A stretch of DNA of 58,922 nt from Actinomycetota bacterium. GTDB lineage: Bacteria > Margulisbacteria > Marinamargulisbacteria > GCA-2716485. A program made the translations under genes and the position numbers. Below the pieces are notes generated by a model. That model worked only from the letters and a program-made list of their open reading frames with translations. It was not told the DNA's origin and searched no databases. Positions 26,689-36,319 of this stretch are shown here, one piece after another; position 1 is the first letter of the stretch; each line of letters opens with the position of its first letter. The stretch covers positions 1-58,922 of the forward strand of contig PBBE01000015.1 in NCBI GenBank assembly GCA_002716485.1, in the 5' to 3' direction.

Positions 26689-27687
26689 ATGCGTCAACGA
26701 GTTAGCATAACCAAGTCCCTTAATCGCCCCTTAGCCACACGTATTGTCACTCATGCGCTTCATCTAGCCCTTAGGAATGCATGTGATCGTAGTATGCATC
26801 AAGTCTCAACACAAAGTAAAATAGGCCGTTCCCCCTATACAATGCAACGCTCGGTCGCTTGGATCCAACGTGGCCGCCAAGAAATAATTGGAGATGAACA
26901 GCGACCCATTCACCCCTTATCTTTAAGAGTGGGCCAACTTATCGAATGGCGAACGGCACCACTTCTGGAAGAACCTGCTCCCGAATCTCCACCGCCACCA
27001 CCTGTATTAAGACGGGCCAATAGTATATCAGATCGTTGTACAGCGATTATGCCCTTAAGTCCCACTGATATATTACGACGCCGGTCCACAGGCGCGCTGA
27101 TTCCTGCCCGTCAATTATTGGGGGCGTATACACCTCATATTACCCTGTACTATATGGGTGAATTTTGTGCGGTGGCCCGCCTGACTCAGCTTTTGCCTCA
27201 GCAACGATTTGAAGTGACAAATATCTTTGATTCTTTCTCAAATCGTCTTGGCGTGGACCATTCACGCCAGCGCGTTCGATATTTGCAGCTTCGTTGTCAA
27301 AAATTGGAGCAATATGATGTAATTTGTCATGAGCAACGGATACCAATTCAAACCAAGGTCTGTTTGCTAGAACCAATGACAGGGCCTTTGATTTCTGATT
27401 TCACGTTCCTTCGGGCCCCCAATCGGACCTGGGTAGCAGTGGATCATCGTCACTATAAAGACGCCATAGGCGTTATTTCATCCCAATTTCATGCTCGTCC
27501 CTCGATTGATGAACGCGTCGATCATCAACGATTTGCCATTAGCCTGATTAAGTTTTTTCTTAATGACGATTTATCACAATTTGAATCCAAACAGCCCGAT
27601 TCAGATGAGGCCTTTACTGGGTTATTTCAAAGTATCGCGCGATTACCTGCAGAGCTTCGGATCAAGGTTTTAGACTTTTATTTATAA
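26689..27687 (+). CDS. Orphan proline-rich protein; candidate effector
   Basis: AGGAGG (26676-26681) lies 7 nt before the ATG at 26689. The track GTG at 26683 is too close to the RBS. The N-terminus is basic. It contains PAPESPPPPPV, RRANS and RRRST motifs. Confidence 0.55.
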   Translation: MRQRVSITKSLNRPLATRIVTHALHLALRNACDRSMHQVSTQSKIGRSPYTMQRSVAWIQRGRQEIIGDEQRPIHPLSLRVGQLIEWRTAPLLEEPAPESPPPPPVLRRANSISDRCTAIMPLSPTDILRRRSTGALIPARQLLGAYTPHITLYYMGEFCAVARLTQLLPQQRFEVTNIFDSFSNRLGVDHSRQRVRYLQLRCQKLEQYDVICHEQRIPIQTKVCLLEPMTGPLISDFTFLRAPNRTWVAVDHRHYKDAIGVISSQFHARPSIDERVDHQRFAISLIKFFLNDDLSQFESKQPDSDEAFTGLFQSIARLPAELRIKVLDFYL

Positions 27688-27693
27688 AGGGAC

Positions 27694-28260
27694 TTATTGC
27701 GTAGCAGGTGCCTCCCTTAAGACCAGTAATAACTGGATATTAGCAGTGGGCTGAATTAATCGACGATAAGTGGTAATACCGGCTTCAAATCGGTTAATAG
27801 GGACTTGGGCTGTAATATGAAGGTGAGTTGCACTGTTTTTTTGAACTTGAAAGGGGATACTGAGTGGCAGGCGATTCCCTTTGATTCCCAAATGGCCCTT
27901 GGCGATATAGCCGGATGTTGATGGGACAATCGTATCACTGTTAAATGTAATCACCGGATATCGGCTTAGATCAAAAAAATCATTGCTTTTAAGGTGCCGG
28001 TCCCGGCTTCGATTCTTGGTATCCAGGCTATTCACATTAATGGTGCAGGTGACCTGGGCATTCGGATCACTGAGTGGGTTGCCCCTTAATTGAATTTCAG
28101 AAGCGCGAAATCGACCCGAAATGACGCCTTGTGCCAAATGCTTAATATCAAATTGAATCACGCTTTCCCCATGAATGGGTTCATATAAGCGGCTTGCTTG
28201 TAGGGGACTGTTACTTATCAATAAACCCAAAATGAGGGTCGTAATTATGTGGGTTCTCAT
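27694..28260 (-). CDS. yceI: YceI-family periplasmic protein
   Basis: It has a signal peptide (MRTHIITTLILGLLISNSPLQA) and the YceI pattern FDIKHL..VISGRF...NVNSLDTKNRSRDRHLKSNDFFDLSRYPVITF. The start is set at the internal ATG at 28260. Confidence 0.8.
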   Translation of the reverse strand: MRTHIITTLILGLLISNSPLQASRLYEPIHGESVIQFDIKHLAQGVISGRFRASEIQLRGNPLSDPNAQVTCTINVNSLDTKNRSRDRHLKSNDFFDLSRYPVITFNSDTIVPSTSGYIAKGHLGIKGNRLPLSIPFQVQKNSATHLHITAQVPINRFEAGITTYRRLIQPTANIQLLLVLREAPATQ

Positions 28261-28314
28261 AATCTTAATTATATCTTTCCTTTCCAAAAATAGATAGTAA
28301 CTCTGATTTATGCT

Positions 28315-29085
28315 ATGATTCATTCTATGAATAAATTGAGTCTTTTAATTTCACTCTTTTTTCTTAGCTTCAGTACCATCATTACTGCCTTTGACGGGAC
28401 TCTCATGAGCCTTCAAAGCCCTTCTACATTGGATAAGGGCATGATGGTACTTGGTGTTCAACATCGCTTTTATGGCCCTATTAACGATTCAGAAAACAGT
28501 TCGTTTTTGGGCCTAGATTCAGGGGCCAACACCCATATGATGCTCCGTTACGTGCTACATCCACGTCTGGATACTTGGGTTCAACGCATCCGTCGGAACA
28601 AGGAAGTGGGACTGGGGCTACGATATACCCAGCCATTTTGGCGAACGGAAGGGCTCTTTTTGAGTAGTGAATATGTTACTTTTGAAGTGGATGCAACGAC
28701 AAGTAATTCTTCTGTGATTTCGAATCTGGGTACCCAGATCTATCTAGGCCGACGTGTCTTAAGCACCGTCAATGTCGTATATGATTATTATTATGATATT
28801 TTGGGGACTGGGTTTGGTCTTGAATGGATAGTTGATTCCTCGATTCATTTGACGGGTGAATTTTACCCTAGCCATCAGAAATCCGGTGATAAGAGCGTGA
28901 TCCTATTGGGTCTGAAATGTAAGACCTTTGGGCATCGCTTTTTTATTGGAATTTCCAATTCTACCCAAATCGGCTTAAGGGCCCATCCCTTAGGGACCTC
29001 GTCAGATGACTGGTACCTGGGATTTAATATGTTAAGAGTCTTTGACACCCAAGATTTACTTAAACAAAGGAGTTCGACATGGTAA
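28315..29085 (+). CDS. Secreted hypothetical protein, possibly an outer-membrane beta-barrel
   Basis: It has a signal peptide (KLSLLISLFFLSFSTIITA) and alternating beta-strand-like segments. It overlaps the next gene by 7 nt. Confidence 0.5.
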   Translation: MIHSMNKLSLLISLFFLSFSTIITAFDGTLMSLQSPSTLDKGMMVLGVQHRFYGPINDSENSSFLGLDSGANTHMMLRYVLHPRLDTWVQRIRRNKEVGLGLRYTQPFWRTEGLFLSSEYVTFEVDATTSNSSVISNLGTQIYLGRRVLSTVNVVYDYYYDILGTGFGLEWIVDSSIHLTGEFYPSHQKSGDKSVILLGLKCKTFGHRFFIGISNSTQIGLRAHPLGTSSDDWYLGFNMLRVFDTQDLLKQRSSTW

Positions 29086-29657
29086 TTAATTCTCGAGTTA
29101 AAATGCCCCTAAATTTCGCTATCCTATTGCTCAGCCTGTGCCTGTTCAGTCTATCTTGTGGCCGACAAAGTGATGATGTAAGTGCTGCAACTACAGTTGA
29201 AAGTGATGGCTACACGATACTGACTCAGTCTAAACTACCGAGCATGACATTGAAATGGAAAATCGTGGATGACACGTCCATTGATATTGAAGTGACCGGC
29301 CCCACTACCGGATGGGTGGGCGTTGGCTTTGCACCGACTACCACTGAAAAGATGAACGGGGCTAACTTAATTATTGGCTATGTCAGTAATGGAGAAGTGA
29401 CTATTTCTGATCGCTTTGGGACTGGCCCAACCAGTCAAACGGAAGATACTCATGCCAATATCTCTCAAAAATCGGGCTCTGAAACGGCGTCGACCACCAC
29501 GATTTCATTTCGATTGCCTTTAGATTCTTCAGATGCCCAGGATTTCACTTTTGTTCAAGGACAAAAAATAGATGTTCTTATGGCCTATGGAACTGGAGAT
29601 GCCATTCAAGCCCATTCGCAACGGGCCCGAATTGATGATGTGATGATTTGGGACTAA
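29079..29657 (+). CDS. DOMON-domain protein, probable lipoprotein
   Basis: The signal ends SLSC. LKWKIVDDTSIDIEVTGPTTGWVGVGFAPTTTEKMNGANLIIGY follows the DOMON pattern (GWVGxGF...M.g.d). Confidence 0.55.
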   Translation: MVINSRVKMPLNFAILLLSLCLFSLSCGRQSDDVSAATTVESDGYTILTQSKLPSMTLKWKIVDDTSIDIEVTGPTTGWVGVGFAPTTTEKMNGANLIIGYVSNGEVTISDRFGTGPTSQTEDTHANISQKSGSETASTTTISFRLPLDSSDAQDFTFVQGQKIDVLMAYGTGDAIQAHSQRARIDDVMIWD

Positions 29658-30070
29658 GTCCTTATTTCCTCATTCTTAAATAATGAATAAAGATGACCTG
29701 GTAGGGCTTGCACCTTCCAGGTGGATTCGTTAATACAGGCCAATTTAACCTGTGCTTGGGCACACTCGTGTTGGTCATTGCTAATGACACTGCCCATAAT
29801 CAAACTGGCCTTACTTACCTTTTGTACCTGAGTCATAATACTCACTTTATCATCAAAACGAAGTGGGGCGCGATACTTAATATCTACGTGAAGTACATTT
29901 AACCCGATTTTTTGGGTCTGTAAGTCTTGATAGGAGACGCCCAGTTCCCTTAAATATTCGATTCTAGCCGCTTCCAGCCAATACAAGTACTTGCCGTAAT
30001 AAACCACGCCACCTTGGTCAGTATCACCAATATACACCCGTGTTTTCCATATGGATTCTTCTAAACTCAT
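29654..30070 (-). CDS. YbgC/4HBT-family acyl-CoA thioesterase
   Basis: VYIGDTDQGGVVYYGKYLYWLEAARIEYLRELG is the typical hotdog-fold thioesterase N-terminus. The protein is 138 aa. Confidence 0.8.
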   Translation of the reverse strand: MSLEESIWKTRVYIGDTDQGGVVYYGKYLYWLEAARIEYLRELGVSYQDLQTQKIGLNVLHVDIKYRAPLRFDDKVSIMTQVQKVSKASLIMGSVISNDQHECAQAQVKLACINESTWKVQALPGHLYSLFKNEEIRT

Positions 30071-30160
30071 GCTTGTATTATACTATAGATTTTCTCTCAT
30101 TTAACGGTTTATTGTATCTATCCATAGAGTGATTTCTTGTTTTCAAGCTATAATATTATT

Positions 30161-30946
30161 ATGATTCATTTCTTTAGACCTTATTTGACGATAATATGCG
30201 GCCTTGTAATGCTGATCTGTAGTACTGAGTTATTTCCCCAGTCTAATCGCTCACTGATGTCTCAGCTACTTCATAATATTCAAACTTTTGAATACTTACC
30301 CCGTGCGGCCATGTCCATTGACCCGTATCGATCTGAAATCCAATTTAATGCCCATATTGGTAATGATTGGCGAGTTATTATTGGTGATGTCAGTTATTTT
30401 TATGACCCAGATACCGGTGCGGCATTATTAGAAGGGGATGATATTTATACCACGTATAACTCTGATTGGGACTCCAAGCCAATAACGGTGGTTTCTGGCC
30501 TCAAACGTGCGACTATTTTAGGGGCTGGTTTGGAAAAACCCTGGGCATTAACTAAAAATCTAAATGGCACCTTTAAATTTTATTTTAGTCGAATTGTTCT
30601 CACAGATCATGACGCTTATACGCAATATTGGGCTAGTCATGCCTATCTGCGGCGTCAAACTGAGCTCGTTCTTTTTTTCTTAGGAAATGAGCTAGGCGTC
30701 CAACAAGACTCGGTCCACTTTAAAACCCCTCAGACAACCAGGGCCCTTTGGCTAAGAATGAACTTAGCGCAACTCACTAACTTGCCATTATCTATTAAAG
30801 CCTTATGGCGTGACGATGTTATTAACTCGCGTCATTACACCGCGCTTTATCGTTTATTGGGGATTGAAATCCAATCTTTAAAGATCGAATTGGGTGGCGA
30901 TTTTGACCAAAACTGGCTCATTCAATTAAACTATCATCCTCAATAA
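30161..30946 (+). CDS. Secreted hypothetical protein
   Basis: The ATG at 30161 is followed by a signal-like segment (FRPYLTIICGLVMLICSTELFPQ). The track TTG at 30137 is an alternative start. No domain was recognised. Confidence 0.45.
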   Translation: MIHFFRPYLTIICGLVMLICSTELFPQSNRSLMSQLLHNIQTFEYLPRAAMSIDPYRSEIQFNAHIGNDWRVIIGDVSYFYDPDTGAALLEGDDIYTTYNSDWDSKPITVVSGLKRATILGAGLEKPWALTKNLNGTFKFYFSRIVLTDHDAYTQYWASHAYLRRQTELVLFFLGNELGVQQDSVHFKTPQTTRALWLRMNLAQLTNLPLSIKALWRDDVINSRHYTALYRLLGIEIQSLKIELGGDFDQNWLIQLNYHPQ

Positions 30947-30957
30947 CCCTGGATTTT

Positions 30958-32133
30958 TTAAGTAGATGATACCGTTTTGGCACGGTTAAGCAAATAAAAT
31001 AAGCCTATAGCAGTGCCTACTAGAACAACCGCATAACACCCGTAACCAACCCTGGGAATTGGAACGACCAGTGTATAGGCCAATAAGGGGCCAATAATTC
31101 GACTTAAGCTGCCAATGCCTTCATATAAACCCAATATTTCACCTTTGTTATCTTCATTGGTTTCTAAAGTTAATATACTTGGTAAGTAGGTATTAACCAA
31201 TCCAATTCCAATTGCGAAAAACATCATCCAAATCAATAACCATTGCCAGATGGGCGCCATGGCCATACCGACAAACGCAGTCGCGACAGCTAATAACCCA
31301 ACCATCGTCATTAAGGGCAAGTTTTTAGGCGCTTTACGAACTAAAAACCCCTGAACAAATAGAGAGCAAATACCTGCATAAAAAAATAAATAGCTATTTT
31401 GTTGTTCAGTAAATTGAAATATTGAATATGTAAACATTGAAAAGCTGGTTTCAAACCCAGAAAAACAACACATGTATATAAAATACGTTCCACATACTAA
31501 TAATATCCCAGGAACAGATAGATAGTTATAGGATGAAAAGAATCCCTTTTTGCTTGAAACTTGACGATGGGTTTTGGGCTCTTCTAAAAGAATGATTGTT
31601 AATATTAAGGCCAATAAGGCGAATGAGCCCGCAACTAGTGCCGCCATCATATGTCCGGTTCCGGGTCTATATAAAATCCCGCCTAAGGCAGGGCCTAAAA
31701 TAAAGCCTGTCCCAAAAGCCAAGCCAATCATCGCCATGCCTTTGGGTCGATTTTCAGGGGTTGTAATATCACTGATATAAGCACGTGCAATGGCAATATT
31801 TCCCCCAGTAAAGCCGTCTAATAAACGAGATATTAGAAACATTGTATAAGTGCTTGCATTGGCTAGGATGACATAGGCAATAACGGTGCCGATTTTACTG
31901 GCAATTAATAAGGGCTTACGTCCATACTTGTCTGATAATCGTCCTAAGAGGGGCGCTGCAAAAAATTGGGCCATAGAATAGGCAGACATGAGCAACCCTA
32001 TTAACCAGTAGCTACTTTCAAATTGATAGGCAAGCTGTGGCAAGACAGGAATAATTAAGCCAAACCCAATCAGTTCCGTTGCAACAATTAAAAAGATGAT
32101 AAAAAAAGCACGCTTTTTAGACGAGTTAGTCAT
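30958..32133 (-). CDS. MFS transporter (drug:H+ antiporter/Tet-like)
   Basis: It has about 12 TM segments and MFS motif A (GRLSDKYGRKPLL). Confidence 0.85.
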   Translation of the reverse strand: MTNSSKKRAFFIIFLIVATELIGFGLIIPVLPQLAYQFESSYWLIGLLMSAYSMAQFFAAPLLGRLSDKYGRKPLLIASKIGTVIAYVILANASTYTMFLISRLLDGFTGGNIAIARAYISDITTPENRPKGMAMIGLAFGTGFILGPALGGILYRPGTGHMMAALVAGSFALLALILTIILLEEPKTHRQVSSKKGFFSSYNYLSVPGILLVCGTYFIYMCCFSGFETSFSMFTYSIFQFTEQQNSYLFFYAGICSLFVQGFLVRKAPKNLPLMTMVGLLAVATAFVGMAMAPIWQWLLIWMMFFAIGIGLVNTYLPSILTLETNEDNKGEILGLYEGIGSLSRIIGPLLAYTLVVPIPRVGYGCYAVVLVGTAIGLFYLLNRAKTVSST

Positions 32134-32174
32134 AGATTATATTATACTGGCAATGACCAGATATCGTCACTAAT

Positions 32175-32204
32175 AGTGAAGCAGTGTTTGAGCACTGCTT
32201 CACT
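32175..32204 (-). terminator. Perfect 12 bp hairpin downstream of nrdA
   Basis: AGTGAAGCAGTG (32175-32186), loop TTTGAG, then CACTGCTTCACT (32193-32204). It lies 12 nt after the nrdA stop. The U-tract on the minus strand is weak. Confidence 0.5.
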
Positions 32205-32215
32205 TTGATTTGATC

Positions 32216-34983
32216 TTACTGGCACGCCTCACATTCAGGGTCTAATATTGAACATGCTTGTGCAGACCCCGCCATTACAGGCGCTGCTTGTGTATGCGGC
32301 TGTGCATTAGTATCACCCGCCGGCTCGGCATCCATCGCGGCTTGTGCAGTGGTGTTAATAACTTGTGTGGCTGCTAATGTTCGCAAATAATAGGTGGTTT
32401 TAAGTCCTTTTCTCCAGGCATCTAAGTAAACCTCGCTTAAGGCTTTTCCTGACTGTGTTTTCATGAAAATGTTGGTTGAACATGATTGATCAATCCATTT
32501 CATTCGATTTGAGGCACAGTCTGTGAGCCACTTCATATCAATCTCAAATGTTTCTTTGTACTTATCTCGAATCGACTCTGGAATACTGTCAATTTCTGAG
32601 ATAGATCCATTGGCCAATTTGATTTTTTGGATAATTGAAGACTCCCAAAGACCTAATTTTTCCAAATCATCAATCAAATATCGGTTCATGACCACAAAGT
32701 TACCAGACAAGTTTTCTTTCCAATAAATATTTCTAAAAACAGGTTCTGTACAAGGGTATACGCCGGATATATTGGCAATGGTTGCGGTAGGTGCAATGGC
32801 CATAATATTCGAGTTTCGAATGCCATGTGACTTGACATGGCTTTTTAAGGTATCCCAATCTAAACGTGTGTTTCGGTTGACCTCAATTTTGACACCCCGT
32901 TCTTTTTCTAGAACATCCACACTGTCCAATGGAAAAATACCACGATCCCACTTACTCTTTTTAAAGGTTTTATAAGAGCCTCTCTCTTTGGCAAGTTCGG
33001 AGCTTGCTAAAATTGCAAAATAGGAAATGGCTTCCATCGACTCATCGGCAAAAGTCACATTTGCGTCTGATTCAAATTGGATGTCTAATTTGAATAAAGC
33101 GTCTTGATATCCCATTAGCCCCAACCCAATTGCACGGTGTCTAAAGTTGGCGTTTTTGGCTTCAACAGTCGGATAAAAGTTGTTATCAATGACATTATCA
33201 AGCATTCGGATTCCAATTTTAACGGTCTTTTTGATTTTGTCATGATCGAGCTTTTTACCCTTGATCATATGGGCCAGATTTATGCTGGCTAGATTACAAA
33301 CAGCCGTTTCATCTTTCGAGGTATTTAAGGTGATTTCAGTGCATAGGTTGGATGAATGAACCACGCCCACATGATCTTGCGGGCTTCGGATGTTACATGC
33401 ATCTTTAAACGTGACCCAAGGATGGCCTGTTTCGTAAAGCATGGTTAACATTTTTCGCCAAAGATCTAAGGCTTTCATTGTTCTGGCGCGTGGTAATTTC
33501 TTTTTTTCATACTCCACATACTTTTTTTCGAACGCTTTACCAGATAACTCATGAAGTTCAGGTGCATCCCCTGGACAAAATAACGTCCAGTCTTCATTAT
33601 TAATCACCCTTTTCATAAATAAATCAGGAATCCATGCCGCGGTATTGATATCATGGGTCCGACGTCGCTCATCTCCGGTGTTTTTTCTGAGCTCTAAAAA
33701 CTGTTCTATATCCAGGTGCCAGACTTCCATGTATCCACACATGGCCCCTTTTCTTTTTCCACCTTGATTTACCGCCAGTGCCACGTCATTAAAAATCTTA
33801 ATAAAGGGGATTACACCTTGTGAAAGGCCATTGGTCCCTTTAATTCGTGAGCCTGTCGCTCGTACATAAGACCAATCGGTACCAATTCCGCCCGCCCATT
33901 TACTTAATTTGGCGTTATCGGCATAGAGCTTAAAAATACCATCTAACGAATCCTCTGCTAAATTTAAGTAGCAAGAACTCATTTGAGAATGTAAAGTCCC
34001 ACTATTAAATAGGGTAGGAGTCGATGAAACCAAATCCATCTTTGATAAGATTGTATAAAAATCGATGGCATGTCGTTCTCGATCTTTTTCTGGCTCTTTA
34101 ATGGCCAAGCCCATGGCGACCCTCATCCAAAACCATTGTGGCAATTCAAAAATTTGCCGCTCTGGGGTTCGGTCTCGTAGTAAATATCGGTCATTTAAAA
34201 TTTGGGTTCCTAAATACATAAATAAATTGTCACGATTTGGGTCAAGGGCCTTGGCCATTTTTTGTAAATCAAAATTCAATAAATCAGGGCTCAAGATTTC
34301 CCAATCAACACCATTTTGTAGATAGGCTTTAAAGTGCTTTCGATAAGACTGAGTAAACGTATCTGTATGCAAATGGTCACTTAATAAGCGCTGATATAAC
34401 TGGTCATTGGTGATCCGGGCTGCTAAATAGGAATATTCATAGTGCTTTTCAATTCGATCACATGCGGCATTTAAAATTAGCAAATTAATTTCAGCTTGGG
34501 GAATATTATTATATATTTGTCCAACCACGGCTTCAACCATTTCTGTGATGGAAATTCGCATTAAATCGGGAGCCAACTTTCTGAGCCACTCTTCGATAAG
34601 TGCCGGGTTAAAAATGACGGTTTCAGTTTCATTAACTTTTACTTTTAAATTCTTTTGTCGAATTAATGCCAATGTTTTTTCTTTTCTTAGTAAAGCGCGT
34701 TTTTCTCGATATAAAATAAAGTTTTTGGCCACCCGATGAAACCCATTGGCCATAATTTTGTCTTCAACAATATCCTGAATTGACTCTACCGACACACGTT
34801 GCTCATGTTTAAAGCGTGTCAGAACCAATTCCTGGACCTGTTCCGCAATACGGGTGATTGCGTCTTGGTCTGAAATATCTAAAGAATCAAAGGCTTTAGA
34901 AATGGCCTCTTCAATTCTTGATCGTTCAAAGGGTACCAGTTCACCTGTTCGTTTTATTACCTGCTTTGATTTTCGTTACCCAT
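32216..34983 (-). CDS. nrdA: Ribonucleotide reductase class I alpha subunit; the 5' ATP-cone region is out of frame with the only well-placed start
   Basis: NLCTEITL, the VCNLASINL active-site region and the C-terminal CSILDPECEACQ Cys pair identify it. The track ORF starts at the TTG at 34828. The same frame remains open upstream and encodes an ATP-cone N-terminus (QVIKRTGELVPFERSRIEEAISKAF...). The ATG at 34983 with AAGGAG 7 nt upstream is in a different frame. Confidence 0.85.
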
Positions 34984-35235
34984 ATTTCATCTCCTTAACT
35001 TTTTTTTCCATACACTACTTACACTATTAAAGAAATAGCGGACTCTTTATTTGCTTCAATCCCATATAGGTTGGGGAGTTCTGTTAAGATCTACAAGGTA
35101 TTAAGCGTATATATCTAATAATAAAAAATTCCTGTATAAAGTCAAGTATTCTTAAGTTGTGGTGATGATTAGACTTTTAATTATCGCTATTGTCATCGCC
35201 TTTTTTGAATATAGCGAAATTTCGTAATAAATTCA

Positions 35236-35775
35236 TCACCTGTGTAAGCGGGATTGTATGTTTTCAAAACTTAGCCCCTTGCTATGAATCGGGTTTTTAT
35301 TTAAACGTTGTTTCACGGGGGTCTTACTTTCATTTAAGAAAACAGAGTGGTTAAGATTGGCAGCCAGCAAGGGGGGTGCTTGATTAATCTGCTGGGTATA
35401 ATTTTGGGTATTAACCTGTTCACCAATCTCAATTTCTTTAACTTGATTAAGATAAGGGTTATGTTGGATTGGGATTCTTAACTTTTGTATCATTTGATTA
35501 CTCACATGTTTGGTGTTAGCCCCAACGATATAGACCGTACATGCATAGCCAACTTTGCCCGTGGCTTGATAATAATTTGGCAAATGATTAAAACTAGGTC
35601 TTGCGTTGTTACTCTTAGCGATCATTTGGCTTGGATTAAGTCCCATCAACAGAATGAAAATCACCATGTTTAAAAGCCAAAAATGATGGGTATTATCATA
35701 GCAAGGAAGTAAAAGTTGTATGTAATGGGTGATCTTTTTATTCATTTTTTGATACATAATGATCGATTTTATCAT
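35236..35775 (-). CDS. Hypothetical protein (possible signal or TM segment)
   Basis: This is a track ORF with the hydrophobic segment FWLLNMVIFILLMGL. The real start is uncertain and no domain was recognised. It is divergent from ferritin. Confidence 0.3.
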   Translation of the reverse strand: MIKSIIMYQKMNKKITHYIQLLLPCYDNTHHFWLLNMVIFILLMGLNPSQMIAKSNNARPSFNHLPNYYQATGKVGYACTVYIVGANTKHVSNQMIQKLRIPIQHNPYLNQVKEIEIGEQVNTQNYTQQINQAPPLLAANLNHSVFLNESKTPVKQRLNKNPIHSKGLSFENIQSRLHR

Positions 35776-35802
35776 ATAACAATAAATTCAAGGAGGACCC
35801 AC

Positions 35803-36285
35803 ATGTTAAGCAAAAAAATGACCAAAGCGCTCAATCAACAGGTGAATATGGAGGCCTATTCCTATTATTTATATTTATCTTTAGCGGCGTATTTTGATCA
35901 TATCAATTTCCCAGGAATCGCCAAATGGCAGCGCTTACAAGCGAACGAAGAACAAGAACATATGATGAAAATCTTTAACTATATTACCGAAAGAGGCGGA
36001 CGGGTGATATTGACAGATATTGCGGCACCTAAAAATGATTGGACAAGCCCAATTAAAGCCTTTGAGAATGCGTTAGCCCAAGAAAAAAAAGTGACAAAAG
36101 CCATTCATCAGTTGTATGATAAAGCTCATCAAGAAAACGATCATGCGTCTGCCATATTTTTACAATGGTTTATCACTGAACAAGTCGAGGAAGAAAGTAG
36201 CATTAGTCTGATTATTGAACGACTACGCCATGTTAAAACGCAAGCGGGGCTACTATTAATCGAAAGAGAACTAAACGAGCGATAA
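35803..36285 (+). CDS. ftn: Non-heme ferritin
   Basis: aaggagg lies 6 nt before the ATG at 35803. LNQQVNMEAYSYYLYLSLAAYF...EEQEHMMKIFNYI...FLQWFITEQVEEE matches ferritin ferroxidase-centre helices. Confidence 0.85.
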   Translation: MLSKKMTKALNQQVNMEAYSYYLYLSLAAYFDHINFPGIAKWQRLQANEEQEHMMKIFNYITERGGRVILTDIAAPKNDWTSPIKAFENALAQEKKVTKAIHQLYDKAHQENDHASAIFLQWFITEQVEEESSISLIIERLRHVKTQAGLLLIERELNER

Positions 36286-36319
36286 GCCCATGGCATAAGC
36301 GACCTTATAAAGGAGCCCT

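Noticed and set aside
27634-27684. C-terminal IARLPAELRIKVLDFYL resembling the start of an F-box (LPxEhhxxIhxxL)
   Set aside because: Only about 14 residues remain before the stop, whereas an F-box needs about 45. It may be coincidence or a truncated relic. It is not enough to call a domain.
34997-35235. NrdR boxes upstream of nrdA
   Set aside because: Only direct ACACTA repeats (35013-35027) and an ATATAT core (35107-35114) are present. I found no 16 bp palindrome of the acaCwAtATaTwGtgt type.
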